Shown here piece after piece: positions 37,311-46,829 of a stretch of DNA of 64,000 bases. The position numbers were made by a program, and so were the translations under genes. The notes below the pieces were generated by a model. It did not search any database, had not been told where the DNA came from, and saw only the letters and a program-made list of their open reading frames with translations. Position 1 is the stretch's first letter. The number at the start of each line of letters is the position of its first letter. Source of the stretch: Bacteroidota bacterium (lineage in GTDB: Bacteria > Bacteroidota > Bacteroidia > Bacteroidales > UBA10428); NCBI GenBank assembly GCA_003252385.1, contig QKEH01000133.1:448-64447 (forward strand), given 5' to 3'.

Positions 37311-39554
37311 ATGTGCAACATTTCACGATGGGGGATTTCGACATTTCTCTTAGTTCTTCACCTGGCAGGTTTGCGGGCGCAGCTAAACCTGAACGAAGAA
37401 ATTGAGGGAATTGTATACGAGATACACGAAGGCCAAAAGCTTCCGCTTTTTGGTGCCAATATTTATTGGGCAGGCACCGCTCTGGGAACCGCTTCGAATA
37501 CCCAGGGTAACTTTAGCATTCAGCCGGTGAAGGAAACGAACCTTCTGGTGGTGAGTTTTACCGGTTTCCAAAACGACACGATTCCGGTTACCGACCCGGA
37601 ATTTCTGGAGATTACACTAAAGGAAGCGCTCGAACTGGAAGAGGTGGCCATTGTTCATACCGGCAATACCACCGAACTTTCCATGCTCAACCCCATTAAG
37701 GTGGAACGGCTGGGCGAGGGCGAACTGACCAAGGCTGCCTGTTGCAACCTTTCGGAGAGTTTTGAAACCAATCCTTCGGTAGATGTATCGTTTACCGATG
37801 CCGTTACCGGTACCAAGCAAATACAAATGCTGGGGTTGGCAGGGTCTTACACGCAAATTACCCTCGAAAACATGCCCGACATCCGGGGGCTTTCGGCTAT
37901 TTACGGCATGGAATACATTCCCGGCCCCTGGATTGAAAGTATACAACTCAACAAGGGGACAGGTACGGTTGTGAATGGTTTTGAGAGTATGGCCGGACAA
38001 ATCAATGTAGAACTGCGACAACCGGAAACCGCCCATCGCCTTTACCTGAACCTGTTTGGGAATGCCGAAAGCCGATTGGAAGGCAATCTGAACCTGGCTC
38101 AGAAACTAAACCCCAAATGGTCGACCGCCCTGCTGCTGCATGGGCGCAACCAGGCCACCGCAATGGATCGGAACAAGGATGGCTTTATGGACATGCCCCT
38201 GGGCAAACAGCTGATTGCCTTGAACCGATGGCAATATTGTGGGAGCAACGGCTGGGAATCGCAATTGGGCATTAAGGGTACACAAACAGAAAGCTATGGA
38301 GGACAAAACGACTACCAACCAGGTACTTCCGAACAACTGTGGGGGATGGAAATGAATACCCAACGCCTCGAAGGTTGGGCTAAAATAGGGAAGGTTTCAA
38401 AAAGCAAACCCTACCAAAGTTTTGGACTGCAACTGGCCGGTAATGTGCACAATCAGGAGTCGCTTTTTGGACTGAAACGGTATACTGGCAAACAGCAAAG
38501 TGCCTACCTGAACTTCATCTTTCAATCGGCTTTTAAGGACACCCGGCACAAGTACCGCACCGGTTTCAGCCTGCAAAGCGATCGTTACGATGAGCAACTG
38601 GACTCGTTGCTATTTATCCGGAACGAGAGTGTACCCGGAGTATTTTTCGAATACAGCTGGTCGCCAACCGAGAAGGTCGATGTAGTTGCCGGCCTGCGAG
38701 GCGATTACCACAACCAATACGGCTGGTTTGCCACCCCAAGGTTGCATATTCGTTACGCTCCGGCCGAACGTACCGTTTTCCGTTTTTCGGCTGGCCGCGG
38801 ACAACGAACCGCCTCGATACTGGCCGAGAATGTGGCAGTACTTGCTTCATCGCGCAAGATCATCATTTTGGGCGATGCCTCGGGAACCCCCTACGGACTG
38901 CAGCCCGAGGTGGCTTGGAACCTGGGGGCAAATTTCACGCAAAAATTCAGCTTGGCCTATCGCAGTGGTACCATCAGCCTCGATCTGTATCGCACCGATT
39001 TCAGGAATCAGATAGTAACGGATCTGGATGAGGATCCACAGGCTATTTATTTTTATAACCTCGATGGATCTTCCTATTCCACCAGCTTCCAGTCGCAGGT
39101 AGATTACGAGCTGGTAAAACGCCTGAACATGCGACTGGCCTATCGTTGGTACGATGTAAAAACCCGGTACCTTTCCGGATTACAAAGCAAACCTTTGTTA
39201 TCGCGCGACCGTGCTTTTGCCAATCTGGCGTATGCCACACGCAACCATCTAAAATTCGATTTTACCCTCCAGTGGCAAGGCAGCAAGCGGCTACCGGCTA
39301 CCAATACCAATCCGGCTGAATACCAGTTGGCCGGGCATTCGCCCGCGTTTTGGTTGATGAATGCCCAGATTAGCAAAGAGTGGCGCGAACGCTTCGAACT
39401 GTACCTTGGGGGTGAGAACCTGCTGAATTTCAAACAGAAAGACCCGATACTGGCGGCTAGCGACCCTTTTAGTCCCTATTTTGACAGTTCCATGATTTGG
39501 GGGCCGGTGTTTGGACGAATGGTCTATGGAGGAATACGGCTTAAGTTGAGATAA
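37311..39554 (+). CDS. TonB-dependent receptor with an N-terminal carboxypeptidase-regulatory-like domain
   Basis: N-terminal IEGIVYE...GANIYWAGT..GTASN.QGNFSI...LVVSFTGF. Plug region (ELTKAACCNLSESFETNPSVDV..DAVTG.KQIQMLGL). A long beta-barrel ending in YGGIRLKL-R. Confidence 0.85.
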   Translation: MCNISRWGISTFLLVLHLAGLRAQLNLNEEIEGIVYEIHEGQKLPLFGANIYWAGTALGTASNTQGNFSIQPVKETNLLVVSFTGFQNDTIPVTDPEFLEITLKEALELEEVAIVHTGNTTELSMLNPIKVERLGEGELTKAACCNLSESFETNPSVDVSFTDAVTGTKQIQMLGLAGSYTQITLENMPDIRGLSAIYGMEYIPGPWIESIQLNKGTGTVVNGFESMAGQINVELRQPETAHRLYLNLFGNAESRLEGNLNLAQKLNPKWSTALLLHGRNQATAMDRNKDGFMDMPLGKQLIALNRWQYCGSNGWESQLGIKGTQTESYGGQNDYQPGTSEQLWGMEMNTQRLEGWAKIGKVSKSKPYQSFGLQLAGNVHNQESLFGLKRYTGKQQSAYLNFIFQSAFKDTRHKYRTGFSLQSDRYDEQLDSLLFIRNESVPGVFFEYSWSPTEKVDVVAGLRGDYHNQYGWFATPRLHIRYAPAERTVFRFSAGRGQRTASILAENVAVLASSRKIIILGDASGTPYGLQPEVAWNLGANFTQKFSLAYRSGTISLDLYRTDFRNQIVTDLDEDPQAIYFYNLDGSSYSTSFQSQVDYELVKRLNMRLAYRWYDVKTRYLSGLQSKPLLSRDRAFANLAYATRNHLKFDFTLQWQGSKRLPATNTNPAEYQLAGHSPAFWLMNAQISKEWRERFELYLGGENLLNFKQKDPILAASDPFSPYFDSSMIWGPVFGRMVYGGIRLKLR

Positions 39555-39625
39555 TAATCCGGGACGATTGCGGCAACACGGATGGAGGAGGGGGTGAGTT
39601 CATCAAACCGAGAATAAACGCTCGC

Positions 39626-39664
39626 TGAGGCAGTAGGTTTAGCAGCTTACTGCCTCATTTTTTG
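39626..39664 (+). terminator. Rho-independent terminator after the TonB-dependent receptor
   Basis: TGAGGCAGTA-N12-TACTGCCTCA followed by a T7 run. Confidence 0.75.
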
Positions 39665-39925
39665 CCTTAACTTAGACTTGCATTCAGCCGTTGTTCTTCT
39701 TTAAAACTTGAAGATAAGTTTGTTTTTTCGTTTCAATGGTGAAACACCCAGATTAAGCGACTGGAAAAATTACCTAAAGATACTCTTGTAAGTCTTTCAA
39801 CATAAGGATTGAAAGCATTTTGTTTGATGATCCAGGCAAAATATTTGGAAGGTTTCAGTCCTGTTTTCAGCGCATGTTGCCAGCATGTTAGTTCACTTTA
39901 TTAGGGTTTGAGGTGCTATTAAATT

Positions 39926-40480
39926 TTAAAGCATAAAATTGTACGCACATCCCAGCCTTATTCCAAAATCCACCAGCACTTTGGTCGAAATATCGTCCGA
40001 AAAGACTGTGTGGTGGAATAATAAAATCCCTCTTACATAAGGAGATAGACTAAACGAAAAGTTATTCCACTTTTTTCGGTATTCTGCTTCAAGCAATGCT
40101 GCAGGTCCGTTATAACTGGTTGAAATCCCAATCGGTTGACTGAGCATCATCGCGGAAAGCTGACTGTTCAGGTAAAGGGAATTTTGTTTTGTATTCTTTA
40201 TCGGATACCCATATCCTAAGCCTAAATCTAACATGATATATGCATCCGAATGGAATAGTAGCCCGGCTGAACCCGTAAAAAAAAGTTTCCCCAAACTACT
40301 TTTTTCATACTCAATTCTCCCGGATACTCCTACTTCGTTCCCAATGAGCAATGCAGGACTCACATTAACCGATCGTTTTTCAATCCCTTCAGTTGGATTG
40401 ATAGAATCATTATCAAATCCCAATAAATCAACGGAAATGAAAAGCCCCATTACGGCAAAAGCCACATAACTATACCGCAT
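39926..40480 (-). CDS. Hypothetical outer-membrane beta-barrel-like protein in a low-GC islet
   Basis: The Met at 40480 gives MRYSYVAFAVMGLFIS. Alternating hydrophobic beta-strand patterns with Gly/Tyr-rich turns (DLGLGYGYP). The C-terminus ...GCAYNFML has an aromatic residue near the end. Confidence 0.45.
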   Translation of the reverse strand: MRYSYVAFAVMGLFISVDLLGFDNDSINPTEGIEKRSVNVSPALLIGNEVGVSGRIEYEKSSLGKLFFTGSAGLLFHSDAYIMLDLGLGYGYPIKNTKQNSLYLNSQLSAMMLSQPIGISTSYNGPAALLEAEYRKKWNNFSFSLSPYVRGILLFHHTVFSDDISTKVLVDFGIRLGCAYNFML

Positions 40481-40880
40481 AATCCCTTTTTTTAAGTTCC
40501 TGTATTCTTGTAATATAGAATAAATCAAAATGGGTCTGGAAGAAATACATTCAATTTAACGTATGTATGACCGGAACAAGTCGTTACTATTCGGCCATTT
40601 GTTGAATAATCTCTTCACCGCAATTGCCATAAATGTAGGAATAAAAAATGCTCTCGTTTCACAAACCCCATACTACGTAAACTTTTCCCGGGCTAATGAA
40701 CGCAAAATGTGCAATGAGCTCGGTTCCTGCTCAAAAAATACAGGAGGGGGTCGGAAAGCTGCTAGTCTTTGTTACTCTTTTTATCCAAGTTTTGGGTTGT
40801 GCTCCAAACGGTTGATAACCTTTTTTTGATCCCAAATAAATGTGATTTAGATTAGCCGTGAATCACAAATAATTTTCATC

Positions 40881-41597
40881 ATGCGATCCATCGTCCTCTT
40901 GCTTCTGGCTTCATGCTTGCTCTTAACCTGCAACAAACGGGGTTCCGATACACAGGAACATATTCCGCTTAAAATGCTCCTTGGCATATGTATTTCGGAT
41001 CATGCGATGGTGCTGGGAAATCCCAATCCGGAAAGTGAACAAATCACTTCCTTATTCCTAGGCGATGAAGTGCACTATTTAGGCGAAACACAGGAAGACA
41101 AGGGAAGCAGTTTCCTGTATATCGAACTGGCGGAGGGTACAAAGGCCTGGGTAGATGCAAAAGCCATTATCCTGAATGCTACACCTGCGGCGGTTATTAA
41201 TCCAACTGCTATTTTCGAACAACCTCACAGCGGATCTCTGCAAAAAGGAAGCTTACATCCGGCCGAATTTATTGTGGCAACTGACGATAATTATGGTTGG
41301 TATCAGGTATCGGGCATAAACCAAGCCAAATGCGGTTGGGTACCCAAATCGGCCATTAGTCTGGAGCGCGATGATGTTTACATTGCCTCCATGGCCTGGG
41401 GCGATCTTTTAGATCAAAACGGGAACATCCTGAAGAAGGAACTTCCCTATTTTATTAAATCCATACCCAACCAGGATTCCAAACTGGCTCAGTATCTGCA
41501 GGGAATTTATGAAGAGGAAATTTCCAACGCAATCGAAGAATCCATTACCGATTACGAAAAGAACTACTACACCGAACTGCGTACCCCGGAAGAGTAA
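40881..41597 (+). CDS. Lipoprotein with SH3-like modules, function unknown
   Basis: Lipoprotein signal MRSIVLLLLASCLLLTC. Two segments resemble bacterial SH3 (GTKAWVDAKAI; GWYQVSG...CGWVPKSAI). Confidence 0.55.
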   Translation: MRSIVLLLLASCLLLTCNKRGSDTQEHIPLKMLLGICISDHAMVLGNPNPESEQITSLFLGDEVHYLGETQEDKGSSFLYIELAEGTKAWVDAKAIILNATPAAVINPTAIFEQPHSGSLQKGSLHPAEFIVATDDNYGWYQVSGINQAKCGWVPKSAISLERDDVYIASMAWGDLLDQNGNILKKELPYFIKSIPNQDSKLAQYLQGIYEEEISNAIEESITDYEKNYYTELRTPEE

Positions 41598-41643
41598 CCG
41601 GATGTATGTTAAACCGTTTCCTGTTTGAGGCCGGATAGCGTGT

Positions 41644-42648
41644 TTATGCTTTTAGGACGAGCTCTTTTTGGCTGTCGCCACCCCGCTTAAGAAGCATTCG
41701 AACCACCATGTTTCGCCAAACCCCAATGCCATACGCAATCAACAATTCCAGCGAAGTAACCACACTCAGTAAGCCAACCCACACGCTACGGTTCTTCATG
41801 GTGGCGTCGACCAAAACCAGCAAGAGATAGATTCCCAACAAGCCCGCAAAAAGAACGGCAAGAGTTTGAGAGAAGAAACTCAAGCCAATACCTCCAAGTA
41901 CAGCAAGAACAAAGCAACCAGGAAGCAGATGCAGGGGTTTTAGTGCGTCGCCATGCTTTAAATGCAGGTCGATACGTCCTTTACCATGAAAGTACAACTG
42001 CTTGAAGAACAGTTTAAAGTTGGCTTTTCGCCGGTGATAAACAAAAGCCTCATGTATTAATGCAGTCTCATAGCCCGCTTTCTGAATGCGCATGCTCAGG
42101 TCGATATCTTCGGCCACCTGCATGCCGCTGTACCCTCCAACCTGAAAGAAGGCATTTCGCCGAATGCCCATATTAAAACCTCTCAACTGGAATTTACCCA
42201 CATGTTTTTTCTTACCACGAATACCTCCGGTGGTAAACGTGGAGGTCATGGCATAGTTCACTGCCTTCTGAAAAGGAGAGAAAGTGTCGTCGGCCGCATC
42301 GGGGCCTCCGTAGCCAGCAATGTCCGGGTGTGCCTTAAGAAAAGCATCGACCTTGTTAAAATAGTCGGACGGCACCACACAGTCGGAATCAATAAAAACC
42401 AGGAAATCGCCTTTAGCCTTCTCGCAACCCCTGTTGCGCGATTCGCTGGCACCCAACCCCCGTATGTGGAAGTAATGCAAATCAAGTTGTGGAGTATAGG
42501 TTTCAATCACCGGATGCAGAATATCGTCTCGGGAACCATCTACCACAATCACTTCGAAGTTTTTGAGTTGTTGAAGAACCATGCTTTCGAGGAAGTTTTG
42601 AACCTCATCGGGGCGTCCGAACGTGGGCAGAATAACAGAATAAAACAT
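41644..42648 (-). CDS. Glycosyltransferase family 2 with C-terminal TM segments
   Basis: YSVILPTFGRPDEV, FEVIVVDGS, FIDSDC (DxD-type), GFNMGIRR, followed by 2-3 hydrophobic helices. Confidence 0.8.
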   Translation of the reverse strand: MFYSVILPTFGRPDEVQNFLESMVLQQLKNFEVIVVDGSRDDILHPVIETYTPQLDLHYFHIRGLGASESRNRGCEKAKGDFLVFIDSDCVVPSDYFNKVDAFLKAHPDIAGYGGPDAADDTFSPFQKAVNYAMTSTFTTGGIRGKKKHVGKFQLRGFNMGIRRNAFFQVGGYSGMQVAEDIDLSMRIQKAGYETALIHEAFVYHRRKANFKLFFKQLYFHGKGRIDLHLKHGDALKPLHLLPGCFVLAVLGGIGLSFFSQTLAVLFAGLLGIYLLLVLVDATMKNRSVWVGLLSVVTSLELLIAYGIGVWRNMVVRMLLKRGGDSQKELVLKA

Positions 42649-42751
42649 GATGAACTTTATGAACGATAAAAATGACTAAAATGGGCAGCACCAATGGAAA
42701 CGGATGCTTACGAGCAACCACACTTCCTGTTGCCCTATACTAGGGGCAGAA

Positions 42752-43702
42752 CTAAAACTCTTCCTCAATGAGATAGCGGTTGCGATCGGTTGCGTTGCGG
42801 GTGATCAGTTCTCCCAGGAAACCGGCAATAAAGAGCAGGGTTCCCAATACCATGCAGGTTAAACCAATATAGAAGAAAGGGCTCTTGGTAACCAGAGGGG
42901 CCAGGATATGACTTTTTACTGCAAGCAGTTTTTTTACTCCCAGAAAGGCAGCGAGGGCAAAACCAATCAGAAAGGTCAGGGCGCCCAGGGTGCCAAAGAG
43001 GTGCATGGGGCGTTTGCCGTACTTGGAAATAAACATCACCGAAAGCAGGTCGAGAGGGCCCCGAATAAAGCGCTCCAGCCCAAATTTGGTATTGCCGTAC
43101 TTACGTTCCTGGTGGAGTACCACCTTTTCGCCAATTTTTTTAAAGCCTGCCCATTTGGCCAACACCGGAATAAAGCGATGCATGTCGCCGTAAATCTCAA
43201 TACTTTTCACCACCCGTTGCTTGTAGGCCTTAATCCCGCAGTTAAAATCGTGCAGTTCTATACCGCTCATTCGGCGGGCTGTCCAATTGTAAAATTTGGA
43301 GGGTATGTTTTTGGTAAAAACCGGATCGTATCGCTTCTTCTTCCAGCCCGACACCAGGTCGAAATCATTTTCGCGAATCATTTGCACAAAACCCGGAATT
43401 TCCTCGGGCGAATCCTGCAAATCGGCATCCATGGTAATGGCTATCTGTCCGCGTACAGCCTGAAAACCCACATGAAGCGCGGCCGATTTTCCAAAATTCC
43501 GGCGAAAACGTATGCCTCGCAGGGTGGTGTATTTTTCCTTCAGATTCTGGATCACCTCCCAGGAATTGTCGGTACTGCCGTCATCAATCATGATAACTTC
43601 GTACGAATACTTGTTTTGGTGCATTACCCGGTCAATCCAATCCATGAGTTCGGGCAGCGAAGCAGCTTCGTTCAGCAGGGGTATTACTATTGAAAGATCC
43701 AT
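42752..43702 (-). CDS. GtrB/ArnC-like polyprenol-phosphate glycosyltransferase (GT2)
   Basis: LSIVIPLLNEA, YEVIMIDDGSTDNS, NFGKSAAL, TMDADLQD, two C-terminal TM helices. Confidence 0.85.
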   Translation of the reverse strand: MDLSIVIPLLNEAASLPELMDWIDRVMHQNKYSYEVIMIDDGSTDNSWEVIQNLKEKYTTLRGIRFRRNFGKSAALHVGFQAVRGQIAITMDADLQDSPEEIPGFVQMIRENDFDLVSGWKKKRYDPVFTKNIPSKFYNWTARRMSGIELHDFNCGIKAYKQRVVKSIEIYGDMHRFIPVLAKWAGFKKIGEKVVLHQERKYGNTKFGLERFIRGPLDLLSVMFISKYGKRPMHLFGTLGALTFLIGFALAAFLGVKKLLAVKSHILAPLVTKSPFFYIGLTCMVLGTLLFIAGFLGELITRNATDRNRYLIEEEF

Positions 43703-43717
43703 GTTTGAGGAATAGGT

Positions 43718-44239
43718 TTATAAGTTGTCGGGCATGGTGGGAATTTCCTGCCGGCGCAGCATGGCTGCAATGCCAAGTGAAAATACACCACCTAACAGTA
43801 CCGAATAAAAAAAGACGCCCAACGCTAAAATGGCAGGGGTCATATAGTTTTTCATGATTATACTTTGTAATTCCACCTTTTCTTCGGAGAAGCCACCTGT
43901 AAGAAGTTGTTCCTGGGTTTCGGCCAGCATCTGCTCCCATAAACTCGGAGCCAGATACTTGTAAAGCAGGTAATTGTATACAGCCCCTACCATTCCGATA
44001 GCCATACAGGTTAACAGGGCAGTACCCAAAGCGCTGCCAAAATTCAAAAATCCATTCCTGTAGTGGTCGCGATAGTGTTTTACCGAGAAAAAAATGCCTA
44101 TTCCAAAGAACATATAAATGATAAAGTTCAAGGTTGCGTTGTTCATGCTCCCCGAGAGATACGTCAGGAACAACAAGAACGCCATAATTCCGCCGGTTAC
44201 CGATCCATATACCCACGTATGTTTAAGCTGTAAATTCAT
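43718..44239 (-). CDS. DUF4199-like polytopic membrane protein
   Basis: 173 aa from the Met at 44239, with 4 hydrophobic helices, sitting immediately upstream of the GtrB-like GT2. As I recall, this pairing is conserved in Bacteroidota. Confidence 0.55.
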   Translation of the reverse strand: MNLQLKHTWVYGSVTGGIMAFLLFLTYLSGSMNNATLNFIIYMFFGIGIFFSVKHYRDHYRNGFLNFGSALGTALLTCMAIGMVGAVYNYLLYKYLAPSLWEQMLAETQEQLLTGGFSEEKVELQSIIMKNYMTPAILALGVFFYSVLLGGVFSLGIAAMLRRQEIPTMPDNL

Positions 44240-44400
44240 AGTCAACTGGTTGTATAAATATCCTTCTCCACAGGTGCCGAAATACCGGTTCCGCCGGTTC
44301 TCCAAACCACGAAACGTTTCTTTTGGCGCGATAAAAATAAGTAAATTTTGTTCATTTCAGGATTCTTTCGAATTCTATTGGGAGAAATAAGAAAAGTTTA

Positions 44401-44408
44401 TACTTTTG
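44401..44408 (+). promoter_or_regulatory. Bacteroidota -7 promoter box TACTTTTG (TAnnTTTG) for ffs
   Basis: A perfect match to TAnnTTTG, ending 4 nt before the first G of the SRP RNA helix. Confidence 0.6.
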
Positions 44409-44412
44409 CGCC

Positions 44413-44510
44413 GGGTAAGTCTTATACGGCCAGCTCCTGTTGAACTCCCCCAGGACCGGAAGGTAGCAAGGGTAGACGGTTGTAGCGGCGCGATATAAGT
44501 AGCTTACCCA
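44413..44510 (+). ncRNA. ffs: Signal recognition particle RNA (small bacterial 4.5S type)
   Basis: CCCAGGACCGGAAGGTAGCAAGGGTAGA matches the conserved domain IV core (compare E. coli CAGGUCCGGAAGGAAGCAGCCAAGGCAGA). The 5' GGGTAAG-CTTATA pairs with the 3' TATAAG-CTTACCC to close the hairpin. A T9 run follows. Confidence 0.85.
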
Positions 44511-44634
44511 CTTTTTTTTTGGATTAAACGATCTGTGTTTAGCTACCCGGGTTAGGTGGGTTCTTTTCTTAAGTTAGCATCTGCTCTGTTGAGTCTCAGT
44601 TCTGCAAACTTCCTTTTTCAGGTAATATCTACCC

Positions 44635-44672
44635 AACAAAAAACCCGGAGTACAGGGTATGCAAACCGGGTT
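44635..44672 (-). terminator. Rho-independent terminator of the VOC gene
   Basis: On the minus strand, AACCCGG-N17-CCGGGTT followed by TTTTTTG. Confidence 0.6.
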
Positions 44673-44693
44673 ATCATGCTGTTACCGGGTTTT

Positions 44694-45152
44694 CTAACTT
44701 AATGCGTCAATCACCTCCTGAGGCGCTTGCACCAATTCTACCAGCACCCCTTCGCTACACAGCGGGAACTCTTCGTTACCTTTGGGGTGAATAAAACAAA
44801 TATCGTAGCCACTGGCACCCGGGCGTATGCCACCGGGAGTAAACCGTACGCCCTGCGCGGTCAGCCATTCCACGGCTTTAGGCAAATTATCAATCCATAG
44901 GCCTACATGGTTGAGTTTGGGCTGGTCAACACGGGGTTTTTTATCAAAATCGAGCGGCTGCATAATATCCACTTCCACGGCATAAGGCCCCTTACCCATT
45001 TTCAGAACGTCCTCATCCACATTTTCTTTTTCGCTTTTAAAGGTTTTAACAACCGATAAACCCAGAATATCAACCCAAAACCTGGCCAGTGCCGATTTTT
45101 CTTCGCCACCAATGGCAATTTGCTGTATTCCCAGTACTTTGAAAGGTCTCAT
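44694..45152 (-). CDS. VOC (glyoxalase / methylmalonyl-CoA epimerase-like) family protein
   Basis: Two beta-alpha-beta-beta-beta half-domains beginning LGIQQIAIG and [10 protein letters not shown]. The size of 152 aa is typical of the family. Confidence 0.65.
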   Translation of the reverse strand: MRPFKVLGIQQIAIGGEEKSALARFWVDILGLSVVKTFKSEKENVDEDVLKMGKGPYAVEVDIMQPLDFDKKPRVDQPKLNHVGLWIDNLPKAVEWLTAQGVRFTPGGIRPGASGYDICFIHPKGNEEFPLCSEGVLVELVQAPQEVIDALS

Positions 45153-45287
45153 AGTAGTAAATTATATATTAATTTATGGAGTTGCCTGCGAATGTACTAA
45201 TTTTCCAACTATTCCCCGCGAATCCATAAAATCCTTAGCTTTACCCTACTTATCAGACAGGGTGGCTCACGCAAAAAGTGTAAACCC

Positions 45288-46328
45288 ATGGCAAAACTAT
45301 ATCTCTCGCTTACCATCAACTGGGAAGGCGTGCATATAAATAACTTGAACGATGTACAGCACATCCGGAAGGAAATAGGAGTTACTGTGCCGGTTACCCA
45401 TTTTGTGAATCCGGCCTGTTTTATTCCTCCCTGGCCCGAAATCTTTACCAGAATCCAATCAGCAATTCTGCCTCACGACGAAGTGGCCCTTGAGTTACGC
45501 CCGCTTAAAAGCCTGATTGCCGAAATTCCGGGTCTGAAGTTCCGCAGCGAATATAACTTTTACAAAACCCCGATCCGAACCCTGCAGGCCTATTTGCTCC
45601 GGCAAGGCATATCGCCGGGGTTACTCACTCCATTTCCGGTTAGCGGGTATGGTGTTCCGCCGGGGGTATATTCCCCTGCGGAATTAAAGCTCATATTGGC
45701 ACATTCCCTTCAACGGCTACAGGAGGTATTTCCCGGAAAAGCCATCCGGGGTTTCCGGAGTGGAGCCTGGCTGGCGAACGACAGCCTTATTCAAGCACTG
45801 GTTGAGCTGGGTTTCTCGTACGATTCATCAGCGGTACCTCCGGAACTTCTTTCGCAGGGTTACGAACCCGGTAACACAGGCAATTTCCGCGATGGTTTCG
45901 GCTCGAAGAATGGTCTGCTAACCGAATACCTGCTGCGTTTGTGGGGGCACAGGGAACAATCGGTATTCTTCCTGAAGAACCATGTGTTTAGGATCGCGTA
46001 TGGCAACGAGCCCATTCGTCTGCATGCGCAACCTTTCGCATTGGGCGACCTTACCGAAATGCCAAATAACGGAGGCCTGACCGATACCACCGGAAATATC
46101 AACCTGCAACGCCTGTTACAGTGCGCCCAACAATTTATTGAACAACAAAACCGCAACTTCTTTTTAAATATTGGCATTCGCCAGGAAAGCGAAATTCATC
46201 AGAAAATTCCTCTTATTCAGTTCTTTCAGGATTTGCGACAACATTACCCCAATGTTCAATTTCTGACCGTGCACGATGCTATGAATATTTGGAAAAAGGT
46301 AGTGGCCGAAGATTCCATACAGACGTAA
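45288..46328 (+). CDS. Hypothetical protein, possibly with a polysaccharide-deacetylase-like fold
   Basis: GFRSGAWLANDSLIQALVELGFSYDSS resembles the conserved core of CE4-like deacetylases. No signal peptide. Weak call. Confidence 0.4.
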   Translation: MAKLYLSLTINWEGVHINNLNDVQHIRKEIGVTVPVTHFVNPACFIPPWPEIFTRIQSAILPHDEVALELRPLKSLIAEIPGLKFRSEYNFYKTPIRTLQAYLLRQGISPGLLTPFPVSGYGVPPGVYSPAELKLILAHSLQRLQEVFPGKAIRGFRSGAWLANDSLIQALVELGFSYDSSAVPPELLSQGYEPGNTGNFRDGFGSKNGLLTEYLLRLWGHREQSVFFLKNHVFRIAYGNEPIRLHAQPFALGDLTEMPNNGGLTDTTGNINLQRLLQCAQQFIEQQNRNFFLNIGIRQESEIHQKIPLIQFFQDLRQHYPNVQFLTVHDAMNIWKKVVAEDSIQT

Positions 46329-46346
46329 TTTTAAAAAGCCCCAACC

Positions 46347-46829
46347 ATGGATTATATACTTTGGATAGTAACCGCCTGCCTGGTGCTGGTATCGTTTTGG
46401 AAAAGCAAGCAGAAGACCAGGGAAGCTCTTAACCTTGCCGTGAAGAAGTTTGGATCCGTGCTTTCACTTTTTCTGATCGTAATGGTCATTTACGCCCTAA
46501 TCATCAGTTTCCTGCCTCCCGGTTTGATTCAACAGAATCTGGGACGTAACTCAGGACTAAAGGGCGTTTTTTGGGCTCTGGGAATGGGAAGTGTATCGGT
46601 AATGCCCGGTTTCGCTGCCTTCCCCTTATGTGCTGCGTTAAAGGGATTGGGAATTCCCTATTACATTCTGGCAGCCTTTAGTATTTCCCTGATGAACATA
46701 GGTGTTATTACCTTTCCCGTTGACAAACGTTTTCTGGGCTTCCGGGTGGCTCTTGCCCGAAACGCTGCGGCTTTGGTGGTTTGCCTGGTGGTAGTACTTA
46801 TCTTTAAATGGATATTCGGTGAATCGTAA
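46347..46829 (+). CDS. Permease half-protein (DUF318/ArsP-like), subunit 1
   Basis: 4-5 TM helices. Overlaps the next ORF by 11 nt. This resembles the split two-component membrane permease arrangement. Confidence 0.55.
   Translation: MDYILWIVTACLVLVSFWKSKQKTREALNLAVKKFGSVLSLFLIVMVIYALIISFLPPGLIQQNLGRNSGLKGVFWALGMGSVSVMPGFAAFPLCAALKGLGIPYYILAAFSISLMNIGVITFPVDKRFLGFRVALARNAAALVVCLVVVLIFKWIFGES

Noticed and set aside
40563-40829. 88-aa ORF in the low-GC islet.
   Set aside because: No signal, motif or coupling to neighbours. AT-rich DNA readily yields such ORFs only when stop codons happen to be absent. Confidence was too low to list it as a gene.
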